A stretch of DNA of 64,000 bases from Escherichia coli (GTDB taxonomy: Bacteria; Pseudomonadota; Gammaproteobacteria; Enterobacterales; Enterobacteriaceae): NCBI RefSeq assembly GCF_024502345.1, contig NZ_JALDNN010000001.1. One strand, given 5' to 3'. Below, piece after piece: positions 33,046 through 44,484 of this stretch. The translations under genes and the position numbers were made by a program. The notes beneath the pieces were generated by a model, which saw only the letters and a list, made by a program, of their open reading frames with translations, searched no databases and was not told where the DNA came from. Numbering within the stretch: the stretch's first letter is position 1; each line of letters opens with the position of its first letter.

Positions 33046-33210
33046 ATTTGCAATAGCGTAATGGCGCGCCGTGGGAAGCGCGGACATTAATTAACCAACT
33101 GCACTGCGTGTCTTTCAGGATCAAAGGTTTTCGCGGTAGCGGGATGCGTCGTGTTGATGACGACCATGCCCGACAGTTGCAATTCGTGGCAAAAATGCAG
33201 GAATAAAACA

Positions 33211-35451
33211 ATGAACAAGAAGATTCATTCCCTGGCCTTGTTGGTCAATCTGGGGATTTATGGGGTAGCGCAGGCACAAGAGCCGACCGATACTCCTGTT
33301 TCACATGACGATACTATTGTCGTTACCGCCGCCGAGCAGAACTTACAGGCGCCTGGCGTTTCGACCATCACCGCAGATGAAATCCGCAAAAACCCCGTTG
33401 CCCGCGATGTGTCGGAGATCATCCGTACCATGCCAGGCGTTAACCTGACCGGTAACTCCACCAGTGGTCAGCGTGGGAATAACCGACAGATTGATATTCG
33501 CGGTATGGGTCCGGAAAACACGCTGATTTTGATTGACGGCAAGCCGGTAAGCAGCCGTAACTCGGTGCGTCAGGGCTGGCGTGGCGAGCGCGATACCCGT
33601 GGTGATACCTCCTGGGTGCCACCTGAAATGATTGAACGTATTGAAGTTCTGCGTGGTCCGGCAGCTGCGCGTTATGGCAACGGCGCGGCGGGCGGCGTGG
33701 TTAACATCATTACCAAAAAAGGCAGCGGCGAGTGGCACGGCTCCTGGGACGCATATTTCAATGCGCCAGAACATAAAGAGGAAGGTGCCACCAAACGCAC
33801 TAACTTTAGCCTGACCGGTCCGCTGGGCGACGAATTCAGCTTCCGCTTGTATGGCAACCTCGACAAAACCCAGGCTGACGCGTGGGATATCAACCAGGGT
33901 CATCAGTCCGCGCGTGCCGGAACGTATGCCACGACGTTACCAGCCGGGCGCGAAGGGGTGATCAACAAAGATATTAATGGCGTGGTGCGCTGGGACTTCG
34001 CACCATTGCAATCGCTGGAACTGGAAGCGGGTTACAGCCGCCAGGGTAACCTGTATGCGGGCGATACCCAGAACACCAACTCTGACGCTTACACTCGCTC
34101 GAAATATGGCGATGAAACCAACCGTCTGTATCGCCAGAACTACTCGCTGACCTGGAACGGCGGCTGGGATAACGGCGTGACCACCAGCAACTGGGTGCAG
34201 TACGAACACACCCGTAACTCGCGTATTCCGGAAGGTCTGGCGGGCGGTACCGAAGGGAAATTTAACGAAAAAGCGACACAGGATTTCGTCGATATCGATC
34301 TTGATGACGTGATGCTGCACAGCGAAGTTAACCTGCCGATTGATTTCCTCGTTAACCAAACGCTGACGCTGGGTACGGAGTGGAATCAGCAACGGATGAA
34401 GGACTTAAGTTCCAACACCCAGGCACTGACCGGAACGAATACCGGTGGCGCTATTGATGGCGTGAGTGCCACCGATCGTAGCCCGTATTCAAAAGCAGAA
34501 ATTTTCTCGCTGTTTGCCGAAAACAACATGGAGCTGACTGACAGCACCATCGTAACGCCGGGGCTGCGTTTCGATCATCACAGTATTGTCGGCAATAACT
34601 GGAGCCCGGCGCTGAACATATCGCAAGGTTTAGGCGATGACTTCACGCTCAAAATGGGCATTGCCCGTGCTTATAAAGCGCCGAGCCTGTACCAGACTAA
34701 CCCTAACTATATCCTCTATAGTAAAGGCCAGGGCTGCTATGCCAGCGCGGGCGGCTGCTATCTGCAAGGTAACGATGACCTGAAAGCAGAAACCAGCATC
34801 AACAAGGAGATTGGTCTGGAGTTCAAACGCGACGGTTGGCTGGCGGGTGTGACCTGGTTCCGCAACGATTATCGCAATAAGATTGAAGCAGGCTATGTTG
34901 CTGTAGGGCAAAACGCAGTCGGCACCGATCTCTATCAGTGGGATAACGTGCCGAAAGCGGTGGTTGAAGGTCTGGAAGGATCGTTAAACGTACCGGTTAG
35001 CGAAACGGTGATGTGGACTAATAACATCACTTATATGCTGAAGAGTGAAAACAAAACCACGGGCGACCGTTTGTCGATCATCCCGGAGTATACGTTGAAC
35101 TCAACGCTGAGCTGGCAGGCACGAGAAGATTTGTCGATGCAAACGACCTTCACCTGGTACGGTAAGCAGCAGCCGAAGAAGTACAACTATAAAGGTCAGC
35201 CAGCGGTTGGACCGGAAACCAAAGAAATTAGTCCTTACAGCATTGTTGGGCTGAGCGCGACGTGGGATGTGACGAAGAATGTCAGTCTGACCGGCGGCGT
35301 GGACAATCTGTTCGACAAACGTTTGTGGCGTGCGGGTAATGCCCAGACCACGGGCGATTTGGCAGGGGCCAACTATATCGCCGGTGCCGGGGCGTATACC
35401 TATAACGAGCCGGGACGTACGTGGTATATGAGCGTAAACACTCACTTCTGA
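33211..35451 (+). CDS. fepA: Ferric enterobactin outer membrane TonB-dependent receptor FepA, 746 aa
   Basis: ORF 33151..35451 trimmed to MNKKIHSLALLVNLGIYGVAQA (signal peptide); TonB box DTIVVTA; C-terminal ...YMSVNTHF. Confidence 0.95.
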   Translation: MNKKIHSLALLVNLGIYGVAQAQEPTDTPVSHDDTIVVTAAEQNLQAPGVSTITADEIRKNPVARDVSEIIRTMPGVNLTGNSTSGQRGNNRQIDIRGMGPENTLILIDGKPVSSRNSVRQGWRGERDTRGDTSWVPPEMIERIEVLRGPAAARYGNGAAGGVVNIITKKGSGEWHGSWDAYFNAPEHKEEGATKRTNFSLTGPLGDEFSFRLYGNLDKTQADAWDINQGHQSARAGTYATTLPAGREGVINKDINGVVRWDFAPLQSLELEAGYSRQGNLYAGDTQNTNSDAYTRSKYGDETNRLYRQNYSLTWNGGWDNGVTTSNWVQYEHTRNSRIPEGLAGGTEGKFNEKATQDFVDIDLDDVMLHSEVNLPIDFLVNQTLTLGTEWNQQRMKDLSSNTQALTGTNTGGAIDGVSATDRSPYSKAEIFSLFAENNMELTDSTIVTPGLRFDHHSIVGNNWSPALNISQGLGDDFTLKMGIARAYKAPSLYQTNPNYILYSKGQGCYASAGGCYLQGNDDLKAETSINKEIGLEFKRDGWLAGVTWFRNDYRNKIEAGYVAVGQNAVGTDLYQWDNVPKAVVEGLEGSLNVPVSETVMWTNNITYMLKSENKTTGDRLSIIPEYTLNSTLSWQAREDLSMQTTFTWYGKQQPKKYNYKGQPAVGPETKEISPYSIVGLSATWDVTKNVSLTGGVDNLFDKRLWRAGNAQTTGDLAGANYIAGAGAYTYNEPGRTWYMSVNTHF

Positions 35452-35490
35452 TGCTAACGTCAGATTGTTGACAAAGTGCGCGTCGTTCAT

Positions 35491-35590
35491 GCCGGATGCG
35501 GCGTGAACGCCTTATCCGGCCTACAAAAATCTTGCCAATTCAATATATTGCAGGACCATGTAGGCCTGATAAGCGTAGCGCATCAGGCAG
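35491..35590. repeat. BIME (pair of inverted REP elements) between fepA and entD
   Basis: gccggatgcggcgtgaacgccttatccggcctaca and the inverted tgtaggcctgataagcgtagcgcatcaggc. Confidence 0.8.
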
Positions 35591-35616
35591 TTTTGCGTTT
35601 GTCATCAGTCTCGAAT

Positions 35617-36246
35617 ATGGTCGATATGAAAACTACGCATACCTCCCTCCCCTTTGCCGGACATACGCTGCATTTTGTTGAGTTCGATCCGGCGAATTTT
35701 TGTGAGCAGGATTTACTCTGGCTGCCGCACTACGCACAACTGCAACACGCTGGACGTAAACGTAAAACAGAGCATTTAGCCGGACGGATCGCTGCTGTTT
35801 ATGCCTTGCGGGAATATGGCTATAAATGTGTGCCCGCAATCGGCGAGCTACGCCAACCGGTGTGGCCTGCGGAGGTATACGGCAGTATTAGCCACTGCGG
35901 GGCTACGGCATTGGCCGTGGTTTCCCGTCAACCGATTGGCGTTGATATCGAAGAAATTTTTTCTGCGCAAACAGCGACCGAATTGACAGACAACATTATT
36001 ACACCAGCAGAACACGAGCGACTCGCAGACTGCGGTTTAGCCTTTTCTCTGGCGCTGACACTGGCATTTTCCGCCAAAGAGAGCGCATTTAAGGCAAGTG
36101 AGATCCAAACTGATGCAGGTTTTCTGGACTATCAGATAATTAGCTGGAATAAACAGCAGGTCATCATTCATCGTGAGAATGAGATGTTTGCTGTGCACTG
36201 GCAGATAAAAGAAAAAATAGTCATAACTCTGTGCCAACACGATTAA
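35617..36246 (+). CDS. entD: Enterobactin synthase phosphopantetheinyl transferase EntD, 209 aa
   Basis: ORF 35476..36246 (which runs through the REP) trimmed to MVDMKTTHTSLPFAGHTLHFVEFDPANF... Confidence 0.88.
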   Translation: MVDMKTTHTSLPFAGHTLHFVEFDPANFCEQDLLWLPHYAQLQHAGRKRKTEHLAGRIAAVYALREYGYKCVPAIGELRQPVWPAEVYGSISHCGATALAVVSRQPIGVDIEEIFSAQTATELTDNIITPAEHERLADCGLAFSLALTLAFSAKESAFKASEIQTDAGFLDYQIISWNKQQVIIHRENEMFAVHWQIKEKIVITLCQHD

Positions 36247-36270
36247 TTGACAACATCTGGTACGATTCGC

Positions 36271-36735
36271 CCGCAGCCATCACTGACTGCGGGCGAAAGT
36301 GTAAAGCAGGTGCCTTACCACTCTGACCTGACAACCGGATATGCGGGGATTGCTCCCCGCACAACGGCTACTTCTTCGGTTCGTAAGCGAGAACAGCCTT
36401 AAACTCAATATTACGTTCCTTTACGGTGAACTCACACAGCGAGTCTCCGACCAGAAGCGTAAATCCCAGCACCGTCAAACACAGCACTATGACTGCCACA
36501 AGGGCATATTTCGTCAGCATGTTTATATTGCCTCCATGCGAAGAAGGGACTACCATCCGAGTTGTTCAGGTTCGGAGTGGCAGCCCCAGGATTGATAGAA
36601 ATATCTCCTGGGGCTTCATCTTTCCAAACCTCAGAGTTAACCTGAAACCGGAAAGCTTCAGGCACCCGCCGTTATCTTACCCTTCCTTAGCAAAATAGCT
36701 GTTTATTTATACAGTGAATCCTGTTTCGGACTTCT
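36271..36735 (-). other. Intact hok/sok-type type I toxin-antitoxin locus (copy 1), about 93% identical to the IS186-associated copy at 36769..36859 plus 38199..38588
   Basis: About 465-bp unit containing the mok/hok overlapping reading frames and flanking conserved leader and 3' sequences; repeated with point differences around IS186. Confidence 0.6.
36368..36520 (-). CDS. Hok-family small membrane toxin, 50 aa ([50 protein letters not shown]), with overlapping mok frame 36368..36556
   Basis: ORF 36368..36556; the last 50 codons are a canonical Hok toxin; differs by K to R at one position from the copy at 38220..38372. Confidence 0.75.
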   Translation of the reverse strand: MLTKYALVAVIVLCLTVLGFTLLVGDSLCEFTVKERNIEFKAVLAYEPKK

Positions 36736-36859
36736 GTCGGCAAAACTCATCATTGCTCTTAAAACGAAACCGCCCGCAGCCATCACTGACCGCGGGCGAA
36801 AGTGTAAAGCAGGTGCCTTACCATCCTGACCTGACAACCGGATATGCGGGGATTACTCC

Positions 36860-38198
36860 CATAAGCGCTAACTTAAGGGTTGAACCATCTGAAGAATGCG
36901 ACGCCTCGGTGCCTCGTTAAGACGATGCCTCGCGTTCTTCAATTGCGTTTTGTAGGCTGTCAGGGATACTGTCCCACGAATGGCCACCTGTAAGCTCCAG
37001 ATGACCATTTTTGTTATTCTCCACAACGAGTTAGTTCTTCTTTTCGGATCCGGCACTTCTGGGGGGGAAATCCAGCGATGGCTGGATTATGTCGTCAATT
37101 AAAAATGCGGCGAGTAGATTAGCAAATATCCACGCTTTCGCGAGTTCAGGTTCCTTTGCACGCAAAGCATCCAGGTGCAGCAAACTTTTGAGCCGCTTAA
37201 AAGCCAGTTCAATTTGCCATCGCAGACGGTAACAATCAGCCACTTGCTCTGCTGAATATTCATCTTCCGGTAATGATGTTAGCAATAGCACATGGCCCGC
37301 TGCTTCCAGCGTTTCCGCCTGAACTACTCGTCCTTTTCGACGATTCTCGCTGAGCAGTCGGGTTTTACTGATTAATGCTTTTTCGGGAGGAAGTGATACG
37401 GCAATGAGACGTGCCGGAAAGGGAGCTCCGGCTTTTTTATTACCTGAATTGCCTATCATTACAGTGGTTTCACCGTTCTTACCGCAATCCAGCCCGCGCA
37501 GAAAACCCATCATGTCAAAGCGCATTCCTTCTGCAGTTAACCAGCGCAATCCTCGCCAGTGAACCCGGACGATATAATCAGCTTCTCCAAAAGCAAGTGA
37601 GCGGATACATTCGGGACGCGAACCGAATCCCCGGTCAGCAATGCGTATCTCGTCTGCCGTTTGCGCAAATCGGTCCAGCCGTTCAGCGTCTCTGCTGTCG
37701 GTTAGCTCAAAATCAGTGAACTGACAGGTATGAGGATCATATCCCATATGTAGTCGCCATTCAGCGCTGCCGCCCCCGGGCGCACTGATTGCTGTTCCAT
37801 CGACAAGACGCAATCTCTTTCCGCTTGTACAACCCGTAACTGCGGCGCGCACAGCAAGTGTTTGTGCGGCAAGTATGCCAAACCAGTCGGCGGCATTCCG
37901 CAGCCGCTTCAGGAGAGCCACGTCAGATAATGTTGCAACGTCATGGAGCTGAGCCCATGCAGTGACTTCACGTAATGACATCCCCCCGGGGCCGTAAGCC
38001 AGCCCCAGACGTAGCAGAGTTGCAGCATCACGAATTTCGCGGCGGCGGGTTAGAGCCCCGGCATTACGTGCCGAAGTATCCAGTTCTTCGGGCTTACCAA
38101 TATGGGCCAGAATTGCTGACCAGTTATCGTGAGAGTAATTCATCGGCACGTTAAATCATATCAGGCGTAATACCACAACCCTTAAGTTAGCGCTTATG
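36860..38198 (-). mobile_element. IS186 (IS4 family), about 1339 bp, terminal inverted repeats cataagcgctaacttaagggttg; 10-bp target duplication ggattactcc at 36850-36859 and 38199-38208
   Basis: Inverted repeats at both ends, flanking direct repeat, and an InsL transposase ORF inside. Confidence 0.88.
37031..38143 (-). CDS. insL: IS186 transposase InsL, 370 aa
   Basis: ORF 37031..38149; (MP)MNYSHDNWSAILAHIGKPEELDTSARNAGALTRRREIRDAATLLRLGLAYG... matches IS186 transposase. Confidence 0.9.
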   Translation of the reverse strand: MNYSHDNWSAILAHIGKPEELDTSARNAGALTRRREIRDAATLLRLGLAYGPGGMSLREVTAWAQLHDVATLSDVALLKRLRNAADWFGILAAQTLAVRAAVTGCTSGKRLRLVDGTAISAPGGGSAEWRLHMGYDPHTCQFTDFELTDSRDAERLDRFAQTADEIRIADRGFGSRPECIRSLAFGEADYIVRVHWRGLRWLTAEGMRFDMMGFLRGLDCGKNGETTVMIGNSGNKKAGAPFPARLIAVSLPPEKALISKTRLLSENRRKGRVVQAETLEAAGHVLLLTSLPEDEYSAEQVADCYRLRWQIELAFKRLKSLLHLDALRAKEPELAKAWIFANLLAAFLIDDIIQPSLDFPPRSAGSEKKN

Positions 38199-38219
38199 GG
38201 ATTACTCCCCGCACAACGG

Positions 38220-38372
38220 CTACTTCTTCGGTTCGTAAGCGAGAACAGCCCTGAACTCAATATTACGTTCCTTCACCGTAAACTCACACAGCGAGTCTCC
38301 GACCAGAAGCGTAAATCCCAGTACCGTCAAACACAGCACTATGACTGCCACAAGGGCATATTTCGTCAGCAT
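38220..38372 (-). CDS. hokE: Hok-family toxin HokE, 50 aa; IS186 lies about 21 bp downstream of its stop codon
   Basis: ORF 38220..38516; the last 50 codons [50 protein letters not shown]. Confidence 0.75.
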   Translation of the reverse strand: MLTKYALVAVIVLCLTVLGFTLLVGDSLCEFTVKERNIEFRAVLAYEPKK

Positions 38373-38812
38373 GTTTATATTGCCTCCATGCGAAGAAGGA
38401 ACTACCATCCAAATTGTCTGGTTTGGAGTGGCAGCCCCAGGGTTGATAGAAATATCTCCTGGGGCTTCATCTTTCCAGACCTCAGAGTAAACCTGAAACC
38501 GGAAAGCTTCAGGCACCCGCCGTTATCTTACCCTTCCTCAACAAAATAGCTGTTTATTTATACAGTAAATCCTGTTTCGGACTTCTCACTCCTCATTTAA
38601 TCAACTGAAGCTGAGCCCGTTTTTTCTGCATGCCTCAATCGTCAAAATTCTTCGCCACCAGCCAGCCGTGCCATAACTTGTCACATTGCAAAAGTAGCCA
38701 AATTGCTTCAGGCACCATCAGTTCACCATCACCAAAAAAAGAAACATTCCAGAACTTCCGCATCTCGCCCAGCCGCTCCGACTTCTATACTGAATAGAAA
38801 ACGCCAACATAA

Positions 38813-39940
<1,128 letters not shown>

Positions 39941-40005
39941 GCCTGGAATTGCCTTACAGAAGAATATCCCTGACAATGGTGTTTTAACTTACATTTAACA
40001 ATGTT

Positions 40006-40254
40006 ATGAAACACCCTTTAGAAACCTTGACCACCGCAGCAGGCATTTTGCTGATGGCTTTCCTCTCTTGCCTGCTGCTTCCCGCCCCCGCACTGGGGCT
40101 GACGCTGGCACAAAAACTGGTGACCACGTTCCATCTGATGGATCTTAGTCAGCTTTACACTTTATTGTTTTGTCTGTGGTTTTTAGTGCTGGGCGCTATT
40201 GAGTATTTTGTTCTGCGCTTTATCTGGCGACGCTGGTTCTCGCTGGCGGATTAA
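40006..40254 (+). CDS. ybdJ: Small inner-membrane protein YbdJ, 82 aa
   Basis: ORF 40006..40254; two predicted transmembrane segments. Confidence 0.8.
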
Positions 40255-40318
40255 ACGTCGATTATCGCCGTACTTCGCGGCATACTTTGCTTATTCTCCT
40301 TCGCCTAAAGGAACGTTT

Positions 40319-40687
40319 ATGGATAAGCAATCACTGCACGAAACGGCGAAACGCCTGGCCCTTGAGTTACCCTTTGTCGAGCTTTGCTGGCCTTTTGGCC
40401 CGGAGTTCGATGTTTTTAAAATTGGCGGCAAGATTTTTATGCTGTCGTCGGAGCTACGCGGCGTCCCCTTTATCAATCTGAAGTCCGATCCACAAAAATC
40501 CCTGTTAAATCAGCAAATATACCCAAGCATTAAGCCAGGGTATCACATGAATAAAAAGCACTGGATTTCGGTGTATCCCGGCGAGGAAATCTCCGAAGCG
40601 TTACTTCGCGATCTGATCAACGATTCGTGGAATCTGGTGGTTGATGGTCTGGCTAAACGCGATCAAAAAAGAGTGCGTCCAGGCTAA
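40319..40687 (+). CDS. ybdF: YbdF (DUF419 family), 122 aa
   Basis: ORF 40199..40687 trimmed to [42 protein letters not shown]... Confidence 0.85.
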
Positions 40688-40780
40688 AGCGGAAATCTAT
40701 AGCGCATTTTTCTCGCTTACCATTTCTCGTTGAACCTTGTAATCTGCTGGCACGCAAAATTACTTTCACATGGAGTCTTT

Positions 40781-41434
40781 ATGGATATCATTTCTGTCGC
40801 CTTAAAGCGTCATTCCACTAAGGCATTTGATGCCAGCAAAAAACTTACCCCTGAACAGGCCGAGCAGATCAAAACTCTCCTGCAATACAGCCCATCCAGC
40901 ACCAACTCCCAGCCGTGGCATTTTATTGTTGCCAGCACGGAAGAAGGTAAAGCGCGTGTTGCCAAATCCGCTGCCGGTAATTATGTGTTCAACGAACGTA
41001 AAATACTTGATGCCTCGCACGTCGTGGTGTTCTGTGCAAAAACCGCGATGGACGATGCCTGGCTGAAGCTGGTTGTTGACCAGGAAGATGCTGATGGCCG
41101 CTTTGCCACGCCGGAAGCGAAAGCCGCGAACGATAAAGGTCGCAAGTTCTTCGCTGATATGCACCGTAAAGATCTGCATGATGATGCAGAGTGGATGGCA
41201 AAACAGGTTTATCTCAACGTCGGTAACTTCCTGCTCGGCGTGGCGGCTCTGGGTCTGGACGCGGTACCCATCGAAGGTTTTGACGCCGCCGTCCTCGATG
41301 CAGAATTTGGTCTGAAAGAGAAAGGCTACACCAGTCTGGTGGTTGTTCCGGTAGGTCATCACAGCGTTGAAGATTTTAACGCTACGCTGCCGAAATCTCG
41401 TCTGCCGCAAAACATCACCTTAACCGAAGTGTAA
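40781..41434 (+). CDS. nfsB: Oxygen-insensitive NAD(P)H nitroreductase NfsB, 217 aa
   Basis: ORF 40730..41434 (TTG-extended) trimmed to [52 protein letters not shown]... Confidence 0.93.
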   Translation: MDIISVALKRHSTKAFDASKKLTPEQAEQIKTLLQYSPSSTNSQPWHFIVASTEEGKARVAKSAAGNYVFNERKILDASHVVVFCAKTAMDDAWLKLVVDQEDADGRFATPEAKAANDKGRKFFADMHRKDLHDDAEWMAKQVYLNVGNFLLGVAALGLDAVPIEGFDAAVLDAEFGLKEKGYTSLVVVPVGHHSVEDFNATLPKSRLPQNITLTEV

Positions 41435-41495
41435 TTCTCCTGACAGCCGGGCCCCCATCCCGGCTCAGATTGCTGACAAAGTGCGCTTTGTTTAT

Positions 41496-41580
41496 GCCGG
41501 ATGCGGCGTGACCGCCTTATCCTGCCTACAAGTTCGTGCCAATTCATTCAGGTAGGCATGATAAGCGTAGCGCATCAGGC
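41496..41580. repeat. BIME (inverted REP pair) between nfsB and ybdG
   Basis: gccggatgcggcgtgaccgccttatcctgcctaca plus inverted aggtaggcatgataagcgtagcgcatcaggc; the upstream flanking motif cagattgctgacaaagtgcgc is shared with the fepA-entD BIME. Confidence 0.75.
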
Positions 41581-41643
41581 AATTTTGTATTTGCCATCAG
41601 CCCTCGCAGGAAATCCCCCCTCAGATTCTCCTGATTTGCATAA

Positions 41644-42939
<1,296 letters not shown>

Positions 42940-42947
42940 TTAAAAAA

Positions 42948-42980
42948 ACCGCTCTCATCGAATGGATGAGAGCGGACATC
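42948..42980. terminator. Bidirectional terminator hairpin between convergent ybdG and pheP (ccgctctcatc...gatgagagcgg), followed by a REP-like element
   Basis: Perfect 11-bp inverted repeat immediately after the ybdG stop with flanking A/T runs. Confidence 0.55.
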
Positions 42981-43006
42981 GTTTTGTCGGATGTAGCGTG
43001 AATGCC

Positions 43007-44383
43007 TTATTTCCGACGCAGCGTTTTAAATGCCACAAACAGGAATACAATCCACACCGGCAGCAGGATCGCTGACAAGCGCATATCATCCATCGTGCAC
43101 ATCAGCAGCAAAATCATGCCGAGGAAGGCAATGCAGAGATAGTTTCCGAACGGATAGAGCAGCGCCTTAAACTGTGTTTCACGCCCCTGACGTCGCATCG
43201 CTGCACGAAAACGCAGATGCGCCAGACAGATCATAATCCAGTTCAACAGCAGCGTTGCTACCACCAGCGCCATCAGCAGACCAAACGCTTTTTGCGGCAG
43301 CAGATAGTTGATTAACACCACCAGCGAAGTGATCGCTCCGGAAAGCATCAGCGAGTTAATCGGCACACCGCGACGGCTGACGCGAGTCAAAAACTTCGGC
43401 GCATTACCCTGCACAGAAAGGCCAAACAGCATGCGGCTGTTAGAGTAAACCCCGCTGTTATACACTGACAGCGATGCTACTAGTATGACGAAGTTCAGCG
43501 CAGAAGCTACCACGTTGCTGTCGAGATTATGGAAAATCATCACAAACGGGCTACTGTTGGATTTCACTTCCACCCACGGATAGAGCGCCAGTAAAACCAC
43601 CAGTGAACCGATGTAAAACAGCAGGATGCGATACACCACCTGATTTACCGCTTTTGGAATGCTTTTTTCCGGATCGCGCGCTTCAGCGGCAGTAATCCCA
43701 ATCAGCTCCAGACCGCCGAAGGAGAACATAATTACCGCCAGCGACAAAATCAGCCCATTCCAGCCGGTGGCGAAGAAACCACCGTAGCGCCAGAGGTTGT
43801 CGATACTGGCTTTCTCGCCGCCGTGACCAGAAAACAGCAGCCACAGGCCAAAGCCGATCATACCGATGATTGCCAGCACTTTAATCAGCGCAAACCAGAA
43901 CTCGGTTTCGCCATATAAGCGCACGTTCACCAGGTTAACGGCGTTGATGATAATAAAGAAGGCGGCAGCCCAAATCCACGTTGGAACATCCGGGAACCAG
44001 TACTGCATATAGATGCCCGCAGCGGTCAGCTCTGCCATTCCCACCAGCACGAACATCACCCAGTAGTTCCAGCCGGAGAGGAACCCGGCGAACGGTCCCC
44101 AGTATTTATAGGCAAAGTGGGCAAATGAACCGGATACCGGCTCCTCAACCACCATTTCGCCAAGCTGGCGCATAATCAGGAAAGCGATGATCCCGGCGAC
44201 GCCGTAGCCCAGCAATACAGCCGGACCCGCCATCTGAATCGCCGGGCCAATGCCAAGAAACAGACCAGTACCAATTGCGCCACCCAGCGCAATCAGTTGA
44301 ATATGACGGTTATGTAATCCGCGATGAAGCGTCGGCTCTTGATTCGACGCAGTATCTTCCGATACGGTTGACGCGTTTTTCAC
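43007..44383 (-). CDS. pheP: Phenylalanine:H+ symporter PheP (APC family), 458 aa, GTG start
   Basis: ORF 43007..44419; start refined to (GTG)KNASTVSEDTASNQEPTLHRGLHNRHIQLIALGGAIGTGLF... Confidence 0.92.
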   Translation of the reverse strand: MKNASTVSEDTASNQEPTLHRGLHNRHIQLIALGGAIGTGLFLGIGPAIQMAGPAVLLGYGVAGIIAFLIMRQLGEMVVEEPVSGSFAHFAYKYWGPFAGFLSGWNYWVMFVLVGMAELTAAGIYMQYWFPDVPTWIWAAAFFIIINAVNLVNVRLYGETEFWFALIKVLAIIGMIGFGLWLLFSGHGGEKASIDNLWRYGGFFATGWNGLILSLAVIMFSFGGLELIGITAAEARDPEKSIPKAVNQVVYRILLFYIGSLVVLLALYPWVEVKSNSSPFVMIFHNLDSNVVASALNFVILVASLSVYNSGVYSNSRMLFGLSVQGNAPKFLTRVSRRGVPINSLMLSGAITSLVVLINYLLPQKAFGLLMALVVATLLLNWIMICLAHLRFRAAMRRQGRETQFKALLYPFGNYLCIAFLGMILLLMCTMDDMRLSAILLPVWIVFLFVAFKTLRRK

Positions 44384-44484
44384 GCCTTTCCCCTGTGTGT
44401 CTTTTTTGTTGAGGGGCACCTTTTAACATTTAGTGCCCATCGTCGCAAGACACAATCCACACGGTTAAACGGGGTATCCTGCTT

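Noticed and set aside
35476-35616. 5' extensions of ORFs in the six-frame track (entD from 35476, fepA from 33151, dsbG from 6007, fepC from 25365, cusS from 51435, nfsB from 40730)
   Set aside because: The extensions run through REP elements, promoters or the preceding gene and lack signal peptides or ribosome-binding-site context; the internal starts match the known proteins.
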